Shown piece by piece: positions 12,605 to 24,848 of a stretch of DNA of 64,000 nucleotides; positions within the stretch are counted from its first letter, which is position 1, and every line of letters begins with the position of its first letter. This stretch comes from Mobula hypostoma (Eukaryota), in contig NC_086108.1 of NCBI RefSeq assembly GCF_963921235.1, positions 98,334,001 through 98,398,000 on the forward strand, read 5' to 3'. Made by a program: the position numbers and the translations under genes. The notes beneath the pieces are model-generated. The model saw only the letters and a program-made list of their open reading frames with translations, had not been told where the DNA came from and did not search any database.

Positions 12605-14055
12605 CAGTGAGGCCTAGATAGAGCGAATGCGGAAAGGACGTTTCCTGTGGTGGGGGAGTCTAGGAGCAGAGGGTAAGAATACAAAGACACCTCTTTAGAA
12701 CAGAGATGAGGAGGAATTTCTTTAGTCAGAGGGTGATGAATCTGTAGAATTCATTGATACGGATGGCTGTGGAGGCCCAGTCAAGTTTAAATTTGTTTAA
12801 TTATCATTCAACCATACATGAATATAGCCAAACAAAACAGCGTTCTTCTGGTGCCAAGGAACAAAACACATTACCAACAACACACAGCACACTGCAAATA
12901 GTACAAATGGTTACAATTTCAGAAAAAGATACCGTCACAAAGAAAGGAAAAGTAATATAGCCCAAGTCTCTGAATGGCATGACTTTAGATTGTCCTGATC
13001 CAGCTTGTTCTTCCACTGAGTGAACACCGGAGAGCAGCACCAGGTGAACACCAGAGGGCAGCACTGAGCAAACACTGGAATGCAGCACCGAGCGAACACT
13101 GGAGAGCAGCACCAGGTGAACACCAGAGGGCAGCACTGAGCAAACACTGGAATGCAGCACCGAGCGAACACTGGAGAGCAGCACCAGGTGAACATCAGAG
13201 GGCAGCACTGAGCAAACACTGGAATGCAGCACCGAGCGAACACTGGAGAGCAGCACCAGGTGAACACCAGAGGGCAGCACTGAGCAAACACTGGAATGCA
13301 GCACCGAGTGAACACTGGAGAGCAGCACCAGGTGAACACCAGAGGGCAGCACTGAGCAAACACTGGAATGCAGCACCGAGCGAACACTGGAGAGCAGCAC
13401 CAGGTGAACATCAGAGGGCAGCACTGAGCAAATACTGGAATGCAGCACCGAGCGAACACTGGAGAGCAGCACCAGGTGAACACCAGAGGGCAGCACTGAG
13501 CAAACACTGGAATGCAGCACCGAGCGAACACTGGAGAGGTGAACACCAGAGGGCAGCACTGAGCAAACACTGGAATGCAGCACCGAGCGAACACTGGAGA
13601 GCAGCACCAGGTGAACACCAGAGGGCAGCACTGAGCAAACACTGGAATGCAGCACCGAGCGAACACTGGAGAGGTGAACACCAGAGGGCAGCACTGAGCA
13701 AACACTGGAATGCAGCACCGAGCGAACACTGGAGAGCAGCACCAGGTGAACACCAGAGGGCAGTACTGAGCAAACACTGGAATGCAGCACCGAGCGAACA
13801 CTGGAGAGGTGAACACCAGAGGGCAGCACTGAGCAAACACTGGAATGCAGCACCGAGCGAACACTGGAGAGCAGCACCAGGTGAACACCAGAGGGGAGTG
13901 GTTGATCGGTTCTTGATCAGAAAGGGTCTCAAAGGTTACATGGAGAAAGCAGGAGAATGGGGTTCGGAGGGATAATTAATCAGTCATGATGGAATTACAG
14001 AGCAGACTCGATAGGTTGAATGGCCTAATTCTCCTATGTTTTATGATCTTATGAT
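12605..14055 (+). mobile_element. CR1 3' end split by a ~1.1 kb insert that includes the minisatellite
   Basis: CR1 sequence stops at ...GGCTGTGGAGGCCCAGTCA (~12783) and resumes at GTGGTTGATCGGTTCTTGATCAG (~13898), continuing to a (TTATGATC) tail. Confidence 0.7.
13020..13895. repeat. Minisatellite: 72-bp unit made of three diverged 24-mers, with a 63-bp deletion variant
   Basis: Units start at 13044, 13116, 13188, 13260, 13332, 13404, 13476, 13539, 13611, 13674, 13746, 13809 and (partial) 13881; unit GTGAACACCAGAGGGCAGCACTGA-GCAAACACTGGAATGCAGCACCGA-GCGAACACTGGAGAGCAGCACCAG. Confidence 0.97.
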
Positions 14056-14688
14056 CATATGGTCTCTAAGATAAGCATAATTCATTCCATTGCTTTGACA
14101 ATGTAGCTTGTTCAATGAGCTATATTTCCTTCCAAACAGCAAAACTGCAAATTTTCTTCTGAAGTGGAATTGTGCAGATAAAGATTAAAAATACTCTTCT
14201 GTGTGGTATTAAGGCTCTGGTTCAGACATTTACATATATTCCAGTTTGGAACCAGGCGAACAACTTGGTAGAAACAATTTCATCACTGCACTGGGCTGAA
14301 CCAATCTATTGGATAGTGAAAGAGTCCGAGAGGAGAAATGGTAATATCACTTTATGTTTTGCACAGGAGTTACACATATTGTGTTGTGCACCTTGGCCTG
14401 GAGAAATGAAACATTTCGCTGTATGTTTTGATGTACTGTGTTGACCACCTTGGTTTGGAGGGCATTGTTTCGTTTGGTGGTATACACCTGTATGGTTGAA
14501 TAACAATAAACTTGAACTTGTTGACAAGGGGCTTACTTGCTCAGGCTGGGGAGTTAAGAACTCAACAGGCATAAACCCTGGTTGGCCATTTAGTTGAGAG
14601 AGGAGGAGAAATTCTTCATCCACAAGGCTGAGAATCTATTCTGGAGAACTGTGGTTGATCAGTCATTCTGGCCAAAGATCGATAACTA

Positions 14689-15237
14689 CACTCAGTGGCC
14701 AATTTATTAGGTACCTCCTGCACCAAATAAAGTAGCCACTGAGTGTAAGTTCATGATCTTCTGCTGCTGTAGCCCATTCATTTCAAGATTGACGTGTTGC
14801 CCATTCAGAGATGTTCCTTTACACACCACTTTTGTAATGCCTGGTTACTTGAGTTACGGTCGCCTTCCTCTCAGCTTGAACCAATTTGGCCTCTCTCCTC
14901 TGGTTGCTCTCATTAACAAGGTGTTTTTGCCCACAGAACTACTGGATGTTTCCTTGTGTTGTCACACCATTCTTTGTAAGACTGTTGTGCATGAGAATGC
15001 CAGAAGATCAGCAGTTTCTGAGATATTGAAACCACCCTGCCAGGCACCAACAATCTTTCCACGGTCAAAGTCATTTTGATCAAATTTCTACCGGATTCTG
15101 ACGTTTGATCAGAACAACGACTGAAACTCTGGACCATGTCTGCCTACTTTTATGCATTGAGCTGCCACATGATTGGGTGATTTTAGTAGATATTTGCATT
15201 AATGGACAAATGTACCTAATAAAGTGGCCACTGAGTG
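14689..15237 (-). mobile_element. Tc1-derived non-autonomous element with both TIRs
   Basis: TA-CACTCAGTGGCCAATTTATTAGGTAC ... GTACCTAATAAAGTGGCCACTGAGTG; internal transposase N-terminal remnant. Confidence 0.85.
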
Positions 15238-15546
15238 CAGTTGGAACACCAGGGCAATGAAGGTGGAGAGGCAGGAAAATAAACTTGAGATTAAGGTTCA
15301 CAAGTTATTATTGAATGGTAGTGAAATATCAAGAAACTTTGCTAGTCAGATATCCTTTTATTTGCTATTGCAATGTATTACACCAAAAATATCTTTTCAG
15401 CACTTTCACTGTTGTTATGTATGTCCAATCTTTGACATTTATGTGACAAACAAATAAATAGTTGTGATTTAATACAGAAAGCAGAATAATCCAATCATTC
15501 CAATTGGAACAGAGATTAAATCTGTTTGAGCTATGTGTATGGAATA

Positions 15547-17051
15547 TTGTGCCTTATAAAAGTATTCAGCCCCTTACCCTTTGTTCACATAAATGAGAAT
15601 TACAACCAGGGATTTTGATCAATTTAGCTGAGAATTTTTATTTGTGAATCACATGCTCCTTTTTTCACAGTAGAGCCCCAAAAGAGGGTAAATTGTAAAG
15701 CATGAAACACTAAAAATTCCAAACCTGTAATGTCTGCAGATCAGAAGTATTCATTCCCCCTTTGTCCTGTACTTAGTTGAACCATTTCTGACAGCTATTG
15801 CAGCCTTTCTGGATACCAATTCCTTCTTACAACATTGCTCAAGCTGTACCTGGTTAGTTGGGGAGCGGTGGTGGACAGCAATGTTGAGATTTTACCAGAG
15901 ATGTTCGATCGGGTTGAGGTCAGGACTCCGACTGGGTCACCGAAGGACAAGAATTTTCTTCATTTGAAGCCACTCCATGGTTTCTCTGGCAGTGTGCATT
16001 GGGTCGGTGCCCTCCTGAAAGTCAAACTTCCTCTCCAGTTTAATCTTTCTGGCAGAGGCTAGCAGGTTTTTATCCAAGATCTCTCTGTATCTAGCAACAT
16101 TCATCTTTCCATCAATCCTGATCAGATTTCCAGACCCTGCTGCTACCTCCACCATACTTTACAGTCGGACTGGTGTGTCCTGGCTGATGCTCAGTATTAG
16201 ATTTATGCCACATGTACTGGTTAGAGTTGGGGCCAAAAGTTCCATTTTAGTCTCATCCGACACAAGACCTTCTTCCACATCTTTACAGTATCTTCTAATT
16301 AATGCTCTGAAGAGCCTTTACAGACAAGGATATGCGTTCTTTATTGCCAGGGCTTTTCCTTGCCACTCCTCCATAAATACCTTTTTTGCGCATGGTCCTA
16401 GAGGTTGTGAAACCGTGAACGTCATCTTCAATTGCAGCCACTAACTTCTACAGCTCACCCAGAATGACTGTTTGTTTCACAGTAACCTCTCTCACAAGTG
16501 CCATTCTAAGAGAGTGGCAATTAAGTTTAGAGGGGCTGCCTGCCCCAGGCAGTGTGGCTGTGGTTTCATATTTTTTCCACTTTTTCATGATGGGCTGCGC
16601 TGAGCTCTGAGGTACGCTCAGTGCCTTTGAGATGGTCTTGTACCCTTCCCTAGACTTGTGTTTCTCTATTATTATTTCCCTGACTTGCCTTGAATGCTCT
16701 TCTGTCTTCATTTTATTTGCTCTGTTGAAAATCTACCATACTGCTGGACCTTACCTAGAGAAGGAGGATTTTTTTTCCCTATGAATTCATTCAAAACAGG
16801 TGATCCTCAAATTTTCTACATCAACTAATTGGGTGAGTTAACAATACCGTATTGCACTTGAGGAAAGTTAGTGTAGTAATTTTATTTTTACTAAATTGTT
16901 GACAGGTTTTGGAATTTTTCTTTTGATTTGACATGACACGCAATGTTTTGTGGATTAGTTAAAAATCCTACTTCAACATATTTTAAGTTTAGAAAATGAG
17001 ACAGTAAACTGTGAAAATAGTTGTGGGGCTGAATACTATTTCAAGGCACGG
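15547..17051 (-). mobile_element. Tc1/mariner DNA transposon, degenerate
   Basis: TIRs TTGTGCCTTATAAAAGTATTCAGCCCC / GGGGCTGAATACTATTTCAAGGCACGG flanked by TA; transposase pieces MKTEEHSRQVREIIIEKHKSREGYKTISKAL and GNLIRIDGKMN..YREILDKNLLASARK. Confidence 0.9.
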
Positions 17052-18141
17052 TATCTTTGAAAACATATTGTTTGCTTCAGTTCACAACCTATCATTCCTT
17101 TCATATTCTGTTCCCATAGAAACGGGAGATTGCTTTCCATTATATACTTATGCTTTGTTTCGTTTTAAAAGACAGTGCAGTGAAACAGTGTTCACTGTGT
17201 GGCCCTGTCTAAATATTAGCTGGATTTGGGGTTGTTTCCATTCAGAATCGATTAGTTTAGATGAGAATAGTTTGGATTTATTCATCACATGTGCATTCAG
17301 TAGAGTCATTAGAGTCATCAATTGAGTTGTTCGCTCATTTAGTCTGTGGGTGCTCATGGTCTTTCCATGACCATGATTGTTCTTGGCATATTTTCCACAA
17401 AAGTAGCTTGCCATTGCCTTCTTCTGGGTCGTGTCTTTACAAGACGGGTGACCACGGCCATTATCAATGCTCTTCAGAGATTGCCTGGCATCACTGGTCT
17501 CATAACCAGGACTTGCGATATGCACCAGCTGTTCATATGACCATCCACCACCTGCTCCCATGGCTAATCGGGCGGGGGTGGAGTGCTCATCAGATGCTAC
17601 ACCTTGCCCAAGGGTGACCTGCAGGCTAGCGGACGGGAGGAGTGCCTTACATTTCCTTTGCATCTCCTCCCCCCACCCCTACAGTGTAGTCAATGGCTCG
17701 AATGTCATGGAAATGCAGAAAATCAGTATTTTTGAAAATATTTATCTCTCTTTCTTATACATTGTGTAGCCCTCCATTCACATACAAGGTCTGCAGACTT
17801 GAGAAAGATTTGGATATGACGGAAATGTGAAGCACATTCAGAAAGGAGAAAGGTATGCTAAAAGGTGGGGAAAAGGCAAGAAGGTGGACTTGAGTCCATG
17901 GTCAGATCAGCCATGATCTTATTGAATGGCGGAGCAGGCTCGATGGGACAGACGGCCGACTCCTCCTCCTATTTCTTATGTTCTTATTCCTCTTTTAATG
18001 GGTTGCAGAAAAAGCAACAAAGAAAGAAAGATAGAAAGATTGACCTTATTTGTTACATCTACATCAAAACATAGAGTAAAATGAGTGATTAGTGTTAAAT
18101 TTAATCAGTCAAAGTCGAAGTGTAGCTATTATCAAAGTATG

Positions 18142-18570
18142 TTTAGGTTGAACAAGTTGGGTCTTTATTCTTTGGAGAGTAGAAGGTTGAGGGGGGACTT
18201 GATAGAGGGATTTAAAATTATGAGGGGGATAGATAGAGTTGACATTGAGAATGGGGGAGATTCAAACAAGAGGACATGAGTTGAGAGTTAAAGGGCAAAA
18301 GTTTAGTGGTAACATAAGGGGGAACTTCTTTACTCAGAGAGTGGTGGCTCTGTGGAACGAGCTTCCAGCAGAAGTTTTTGAGGCAGGTTCGATGTTGTCG
18401 TTTAAAGTTAAATTGGATAGATATATGGACAGCAAAGGAATGGAGGGTTATGGGTCGAGTGCAGGTCAGTGGGACTAGGTGAGAGTAAGAGTTCAGCACG
18501 GACTAGAAGGGCCGAGATGGCCTGTTTCCGTGCTGTAATTGTTATATGGTTATATGTTATATGGTTATAT
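18142..18570 (+). mobile_element. CR1 3' end fragment
   Basis: RLNKLGLYSLESRRLRGDLIE; GNFFTQRVVALWNELP; (GTTATATG)n tail. Confidence 0.88.
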
Positions 18571-18834
18571 ACAACCTTGAGATTTGTCTCCTTACAGGCA
18601 GCTGCAAAACAAAGAAACCCAATAGAACCCATTAGAACAAAAGACCGTCAAACACCCAACATACAGAGAGAAATAAAGAAAGAAAAAAAAGTGCAAATGA
18701 ATAGCATTCAGAACTGAAGTTCACAGAAGTGAGTTCACACTGTGATAGTTGCAGGCCACAGCCACAGCTCAGTGCAGAGATGAGTAACCCTCGCGGAGTA
18801 ACGAGTTGAAGTTCAGTGTGGAGACGAGTGAACC

Positions 18835-19368
18835 TCTCTCATTAACAAGAAATGCTGCTCACTGGATTTTTTTTTGTTTCTCACACTTTTCTCTGTAAAT
18901 TCCAGAGACTGCTGTGTGTGAAAATCCCAGCAGATCAGCAGATTCTGAGATACTCATCTTGCACCAACAATCATTCCACAGTCAGGGTCACTTAGATCAC
19001 ATTCCTTCCCCATTCTGATGTTTGATCTGAACTACAACTAAACCTCTTGACTTTGTCAGCATGTTTTTATGCCATTGAGTTGCTGCCACACGATTGGCTG
19101 ATTAGATACACTCACAACACGCTGGAGGAACTCAGCAGGTCGGGCAGCATCCATGGAAAAGATCGATTGACGTTTTGGGCCGGAACCCTTCATCAGCCTG
19201 AAACGTCGACTGATCATTTTCACGGATACTGCCCGACCTGCAGGGTTCCTCCAGCGTGTTGTGAGTGTTGCTTTGACCCCAGCATCTGCAGATTATTTTG
19301 TGGCTGATTAGATACCTGCATTAGGGAGCAGGTGTACAGGAGTACCTAATAAAGTGACAACTGAGTGT
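18835..19368 (-). mobile_element. Tc1-derived non-autonomous element (same family as 14689-15237), interrupted
   Basis: Ends in GTACCTAATAAAGTGACAACTGAGTG; body homologous to 14910-15237. Confidence 0.75.
19110..19300. mobile_element. Palindromic ~190-bp PLE-derived element with 15-bp TSD
   Basis: Inverted arms from 19108 to 19268; direct repeat TGGCTGATTAGATAC at 19095-19109 and 19301-19315. Confidence 0.85.
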
Positions 19369-19954
19369 GTATCATATAGCAATAAATTAGATTTAGACAG
19401 TAGCGATATAGATGAATCCTGTAATATAATTCAAACTGCATGTACCTTTACAAAGAAAAATACTTTGTAATATAGTGCAAAGTCATACTTATAAAGTAAA
19501 AGTATAGACAGCCTCTTATTTTCTCTTCCTATCCTCTCCTTTACTTATGTGATAAATCACTGCTAAATCTGAATGTTATTCCAAATTCTTGGAATTCAAT
19601 GAAGTTTTCTTTGGAATTGTGTCCAAATGTTCCACAAAGACTGAGAATGACTTGGAGACAATTGCTGTGCGGTGAACGCAGTGGATTGCAGAGGTATTGA
19701 TGAACTCCAGTCATACCATCGAGTTCAGAGGATGATGGAGATTCCTGATGGTCTATGCTCCACTTGCAGCTCAGGGCCCAAGTAAAGTAGCTACGGTGGA
19801 GACAATTGCAAAGTAGTTAGAAGTTAAGGCAATTCATTCTCAGTAAGAACAAATAAATACCAACGAATGGTCAATGAAATTATCTTGAGTTAAGTTGGTT
19901 GAGTGATATGGCAAGCTCTCAAGATGATACAGACAGTAACTGTACTGTTCAATT

Positions 19955-20690
19955 CCCCTTTCCAGGCCTACACTGATCTATCTGTCCTTGGCCTTTCCCA
20001 CTATCAGGGTGAGGCCCAATGTAAACCAGAGGAACCACACTTTATATTCTGTCTGAGTACACAATAAATGCACAATAAATTTTACAATTTCTGTTAAGTC
20101 ACCTCCGATGTGCCCTCACACCTTTAGGTCCTCCTATTTTTGTCCACTTTCCCTAACCCCTCCCCCGCTTCCCATCACAATTTTTTATTCCCATCCTCCC
20201 TCCTCCTGGATTTATTTGTCACTCCCCACACATTTTGCCCACTGGTGCTCCCACCACTTAATTCTGGTTCCTTCTGCTGTTCACCCTAATAGTTCCCATG
20301 ATCACCTTCCTTTCTTATCAGATGCTGGCATTTGTTGCCTTTGCGTTTCAGCTTGACACCTTGAAAACCTGCCTCCACCTTTACCCTCCTGTCCCCCACC
20401 TTGCTCCACCTACCTCTCCTTACTTATGTCATGCTCCATCTGTCATCCACATTCCTGACTCCCTCTTCCTTCCCCTCGCTGGTTCAATCTGCCTAGCAAC
20501 CTTCACTCTTCCCCAGTGCACCAATCGCCTTGGCTCCTGTCTCAGTGCAATGGCTCTCCTTCTTGATACTGGCCTTCTCCCCTCCCCAGCAGAGCTTACA
20601 CCCAAAACATTAAACAATACATTTTCTCCCACGGATGCTGCTCCTCCAGCAAATCGTTTGCAGCTCTATGTTCCAGCATCTGCAGTCTTT
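19955..20690 (+). mobile_element. Old Penelope-like 3' fragment
   Basis: Decayed homology to the GIY-YIG C-terminus (GAGGAACCACACTTTATATTCTGTCTG), pyrimidine-rich 3' region and terminal CCAGCATCTGCAG. Confidence 0.6.
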
Positions 20691-20704
20691 TAGAGCCTTG
20701 TCAT

Positions 20705-21520
20705 GGAGTTCTTGTACATTACAGCACAGAAACACTAAGTCCCTACTGAGCTGTTATTTTGCCTAGTCCCAATGAGACATGTGTGGATCACAGCCCTCCA
20801 CACCCATCACATCTATGAACTTATCCAAACGTCACTTAAATGTTGAAATGGAATCTACATCCACCACTTCCTCTGGCAGCTCGTTCCACACTCGCACCAC
20901 CCTCTTAGCGGCGTTTCCCCTTAAATATATCACCTTACACCTTTAACCCATGACCTCTAGTTCTAGTTTCACCCAACCTCAGTGGAAAAAGCTGGCTTAA
21001 AATTTACCCTATATATAATTTTGTATACCTCTATCAAATCTCCCCTCATTGTCCTACACTACAGGGAATAAAATCCTCACCTTTTCAACAGTTCCCTATA
21101 ACTCAGGTTTTCAGGCCCCAGCAACATCCTTGTAAACTTTCTAACCTTATTGATATCTTTCCTGTAGGTTGGTGACCAGAACTGCACACAATACTCCAAA
21201 TTAGGGACAAGAGAAAATCTGCAGAAGCTGGAAATCAAAGCAACACACACGAATTGCCGGAGGAACTCAGCAGGCCAGGTAGCACATATGGAAAATAGTA
21301 AACAGTCGACATTTTGGGCTGAGACCCTTCATCTAAATAAGGCCTCACCAACATCTTTTACACCTTTAACGTAACATCCCAACTCCTGTGCATAATACTT
21401 TGATTTATGAAGTCCAATGTGCCATAAGTTCTCTTGACAACCTATCAACCTATGACTCCACTTTCAAGGAATTATGGATGAGTATTCCCAGATCCCTCTG
21501 TCTATTACACTCCTCAGTTC
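20705..21520 (-). mobile_element. Old CR1 3' fragment containing a short PLE-end insertion (~21207-21334)
   Basis: GGTGACCAGAACTGCACACAATACTCCAA is the reverse complement of LEYCVQFWSP; insert flanked by AAATTAGG / AAATAAGG. Confidence 0.7.
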
Positions 21521-23158
21521 CCTACCATTGCGTTTCCTCACAACTGTCTCCCACCTATCTTCATATCATCAATTAGTTTAGCAGTCAAACGCCATCTCTG
21601 TCATAATTGCAGGTTGCAAGTAATTGAGCCAACACCACCGACCTCTGGTACCCCTCAATATTTATCACTTATCAATCCAAGTAAGCATTTAACAGGGGAA
21701 GAGATGGTACAGGGGAGATTCACCAGGCTGTTGCCTAGGATGGAATATTTCTGTTTTGGGGAGAGACTGGATCTATTCTCCCTGTCCCAGCAGGACAAGA
21801 GAGGCCATTACTGAAATATACAAAATAATGAGTGTATAGATACAGTAGGCTGCAAGAAACATATCCCCTTATCAGAACTGGAGGACATAGATTTAAGGTA
21901 AGGGGAAAGAAATGCAGAGGGGAACTGAAAGAGAACCTTCTTCACCAAGACAGTGCGGAGTACAGGAGGGAGTAGTGAATGCAGAGTCACTATCTGCATT
22001 TATGAGGTATGTAGACAATCACTTGAAACTCCTAGGCATAGATAGCTATGGGTTAAGTGTGGAAAGATGGGATTGCCTTAGGTTACTTGTCACCAGGATC
22101 AGGAACAGTTATTACCCTATCAGGCTCCTGAACCAGCATGGAAAACTTCACTCACCTCCGTACTAAACTGACTCCACGGCCTATGGACTCACTTTGAAGG
22201 ACTCCACTGCTCATGTTCTTAGTATTATTTATTTACTTTATTTAAATTATTTGCATAATTTGTCTTATTTTGCATATTGGTTGTTTGTCAGCTTTTGTTT
22301 ATGTACATATTTTAATAAATTGTATTATATTTCTTAAGGTTGTTATAGCTGGGGGTGGTAGCGGGGATAAGCTGCCTATTAAATGCTCCCAATGGGGGGT
22401 GTGTCAAATAGCCCCTGAACACCAAGTGCAGCTCCTGACTGTCACATGTGGATTAGCTACTAAACCCGAAGGATCTGTTTTTACTGAGTGGAGAAGGAGC
22501 AAAGTTGGTTTACTGGTGCCTTAAGGTCACTCACTTTGGGTAGATGGGGCTTGTCAGCTGTGGTCGGCAGCGCATCTAGAAAGAAAACCTGATCTCAGAC
22601 CTCCTCTGCCTTGGGAAGGGAATTGGGAGTAAACCCGGAGGGAAAAGCAGGAGATCCTAAGGCAGTCGTTCAATGAGTTCAGCTCTGACTGGCAACTCCT
22701 GCGACTCCACTGATGCCAAACTGTACAGGTCTCTGCTGCTCCTTTGGTTTCATCAGCTGCGTGGGCAACAGCTTGCCCTCCATATTGTTCTGCCCTGACC
22801 TGCGTACTTAGGGAGCTAGCACACAACATCCATGCTCAGGTAACCCCACCATCCGGGTCATGCCCTCCCCCCCGCTGCCACCATCAGGCAGCAGATACAG
22901 AAGCTTGAAGCTCCCCATCATCAACTTTGGGAACAGCTACTTCCCTTCATCTATCCATATTGTGCTGCCCTGACTTACGTACTTGCTTGAGTATCAGTAG
23001 AGAGCTAGGACGCAATATCTGTGGTCGATCCCAACCAACGGAGAACCTCAAGATTGTATTTCTTTAGTTTCCTGTAAATGCCTGAAAGAAAGTGAATCTT
23101 CAGATAGCGCATGGTGACATACATGTACTTCTACTTTGACTTAACTTTGACTTTGACT

Positions 23159-23793
23159 AAAATGGCAGCACGCGCGGCCTCTCTGGTGATGAAAATCTGT
23201 TATCTGTCAAGTAGGGGACCGTGCACAATTCTGATTTGATGGAGACAGATGTGAGAGTACGGAGGAACATCTGAAAAACTTCTGAAATGCCCGCTTCACT
23301 GCCACTGCTATTGTGTGGTAACTGGAATCTCCGGAGTAGAAGGCCCCGAAATCCTCGGCTTTGCGTGTTTCAGCGGCCGGGGCAAGATCGAAGGCGCTCG
23401 GGAGGCTGTATCAGAGGGGCTGGTTGGAGGCTTGAAGTTTTCAGACGGATGGACTCGGTGTCGGCTGTGGTCGGCTGCTTCCAAGGCATCAGCAAGTTGA
23501 CGGTGCCTGGAGGTTTATGGCAGGGAGTTTCTCCTTTTGCCGCTGCTATCGGGGACTCGGGGACTTTTGAGTCTTTTTTTACTGTGCCCATGGTTTGTTC
23601 TTCATCAAATTATGGTACTGCTTTGCACTGCTGTAACTACATGTTATAATTATGTGGTTCTGTCAGTGTTAGTCTTTGGTTTGTCCTGTTTTCTGTGATA
23701 TCACTCCGGAGAAACATTGTATCATTTCTTAATGCATGTATGCATTTCTAAATGACAATAAAAGAGGACTGAGTGTTCTCATAATCTAATCTA
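23159..23793 (+). mobile_element. Non-autonomous retroelement (AAAATGGC start, AATAAA, (AATCT)n tail)
   Basis: 3' part closely matches 31071-31442; CpG-rich; no credible ORF. Confidence 0.7.
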
Positions 23794-24639
23794 AATGGAT
23801 GGATGCCCACTAGCCAGAGTGGATGAGATGGACTGAATGGCCTGTTTTCACACTGTGACTATGACCCATTTATTCAAGCATCCAGTTTCTTGTAAGTTTG
23901 GCAGCCCGTTATCCATATTACTCCCTTGCCATGAGCATTGCTATTTGAAATATTAACCAGCTGTTCAAAGTTAGTGCGCGTTACGATGTATTTTTTTCAG
24001 TCGGGAAACATTGATGCTTTCAGTGCTTTGACTGGCTTCCTGGGAGAGTTCATGCTGTTCTGACACAGTAAGAGATTACTCCTAACACCATTTTAATTGC
24101 ATATTTTCATTACTTTTCTTTCTGCAGAATTCAAACCTCCAGTGTTAATATGGATAAACTTCTATTAATTTTCACCCTTCACACTTCAAGAAACCCACGT
24201 GCAATTGTTATTTTTAAGCTGGGTCAATTTTGGTGCCAACAGTCCAAAGACACAGGAATTTCATGTTGGTTTATAAATTAACTTCGTGTGGTGAAGCTGA
24301 ATGTATTTAAGTGGAAGGGGTCAAAGTTGACATCCTTCTAAGTTGACTACATTTAGTCGACATCTGTAAATTATTCAGCAGCCTGCCCTGTTTTGAGTTA
24401 TATCCAGTTTATCATTAACAGTTTTCCATGAGATGCTGTTAAAATTGTGACTTCAGCTAATTTTTGGAATTCCTGGGTTATCACTTGGAAAATGATCCTT
24501 TTTTAAATCTATAGTAGTAAAGAATTACAACTCAAGATTATTTTAATTTCTTTAATGGAAAATCCTACAAAAAGTAGTGGATATGGCCCATTTATTCATC
24601 TATTGATATATAGTGCAGAATAAGCCCTTCTAGCCCTCC

Positions 24640-24848
24640 AAGCCTCACCGCCCAGCAATCCCCAATTTAATCTTAGTCTAATCACAGGACAATTTACAAT
24701 AACCAATTAACCAAACTTTGGACTGTGGGAGGAAACCCTGGCGGTCACGGGGGGAAGGTACAAACTCCTTACAGGCAGTGGTGGGGATGGGTCGGCTGCT
24801 GCCTGTACTGTGAAGCGTTGTGCTAACCACTATACTGTTGTGCTGCCC
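24640..24848 (-). mobile_element. HE1-like V-SINE
   Basis: GGACTGTGGGAGGAAACC...GGTCACGGGGGGAAGGTACAAACTCC...GTGCTAACCACTA is the reverse complement of a tRNA head plus V-domain; related copies near 5930-6010, 25590-25745 and 61410-63050. Confidence 0.7.

Noticed and set aside
13030..13062. CTCF upstream (ZF9-11) motif in AGCAGCACC before each core
   Set aside because: Spacing to the core looks shorter than the usual 5-6 bp; only the core match is claimed
13020..13895. CRISPR-like array
   Set aside because: No unique spacers, no cas genes, vertebrate context
12804..13932. Long Cys/Ser-rich ORFs (357, 317 and 173 aa) over the tandem repeat
   Set aside because: They follow from repeat periods divisible by 3; several frames are open, there is no credible start or splice context, and the array sits inside a broken CR1
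19600..19800. Coding-looking unique stretch
   Set aside because: Only short frames, no recognisable motif or convincing splice sites
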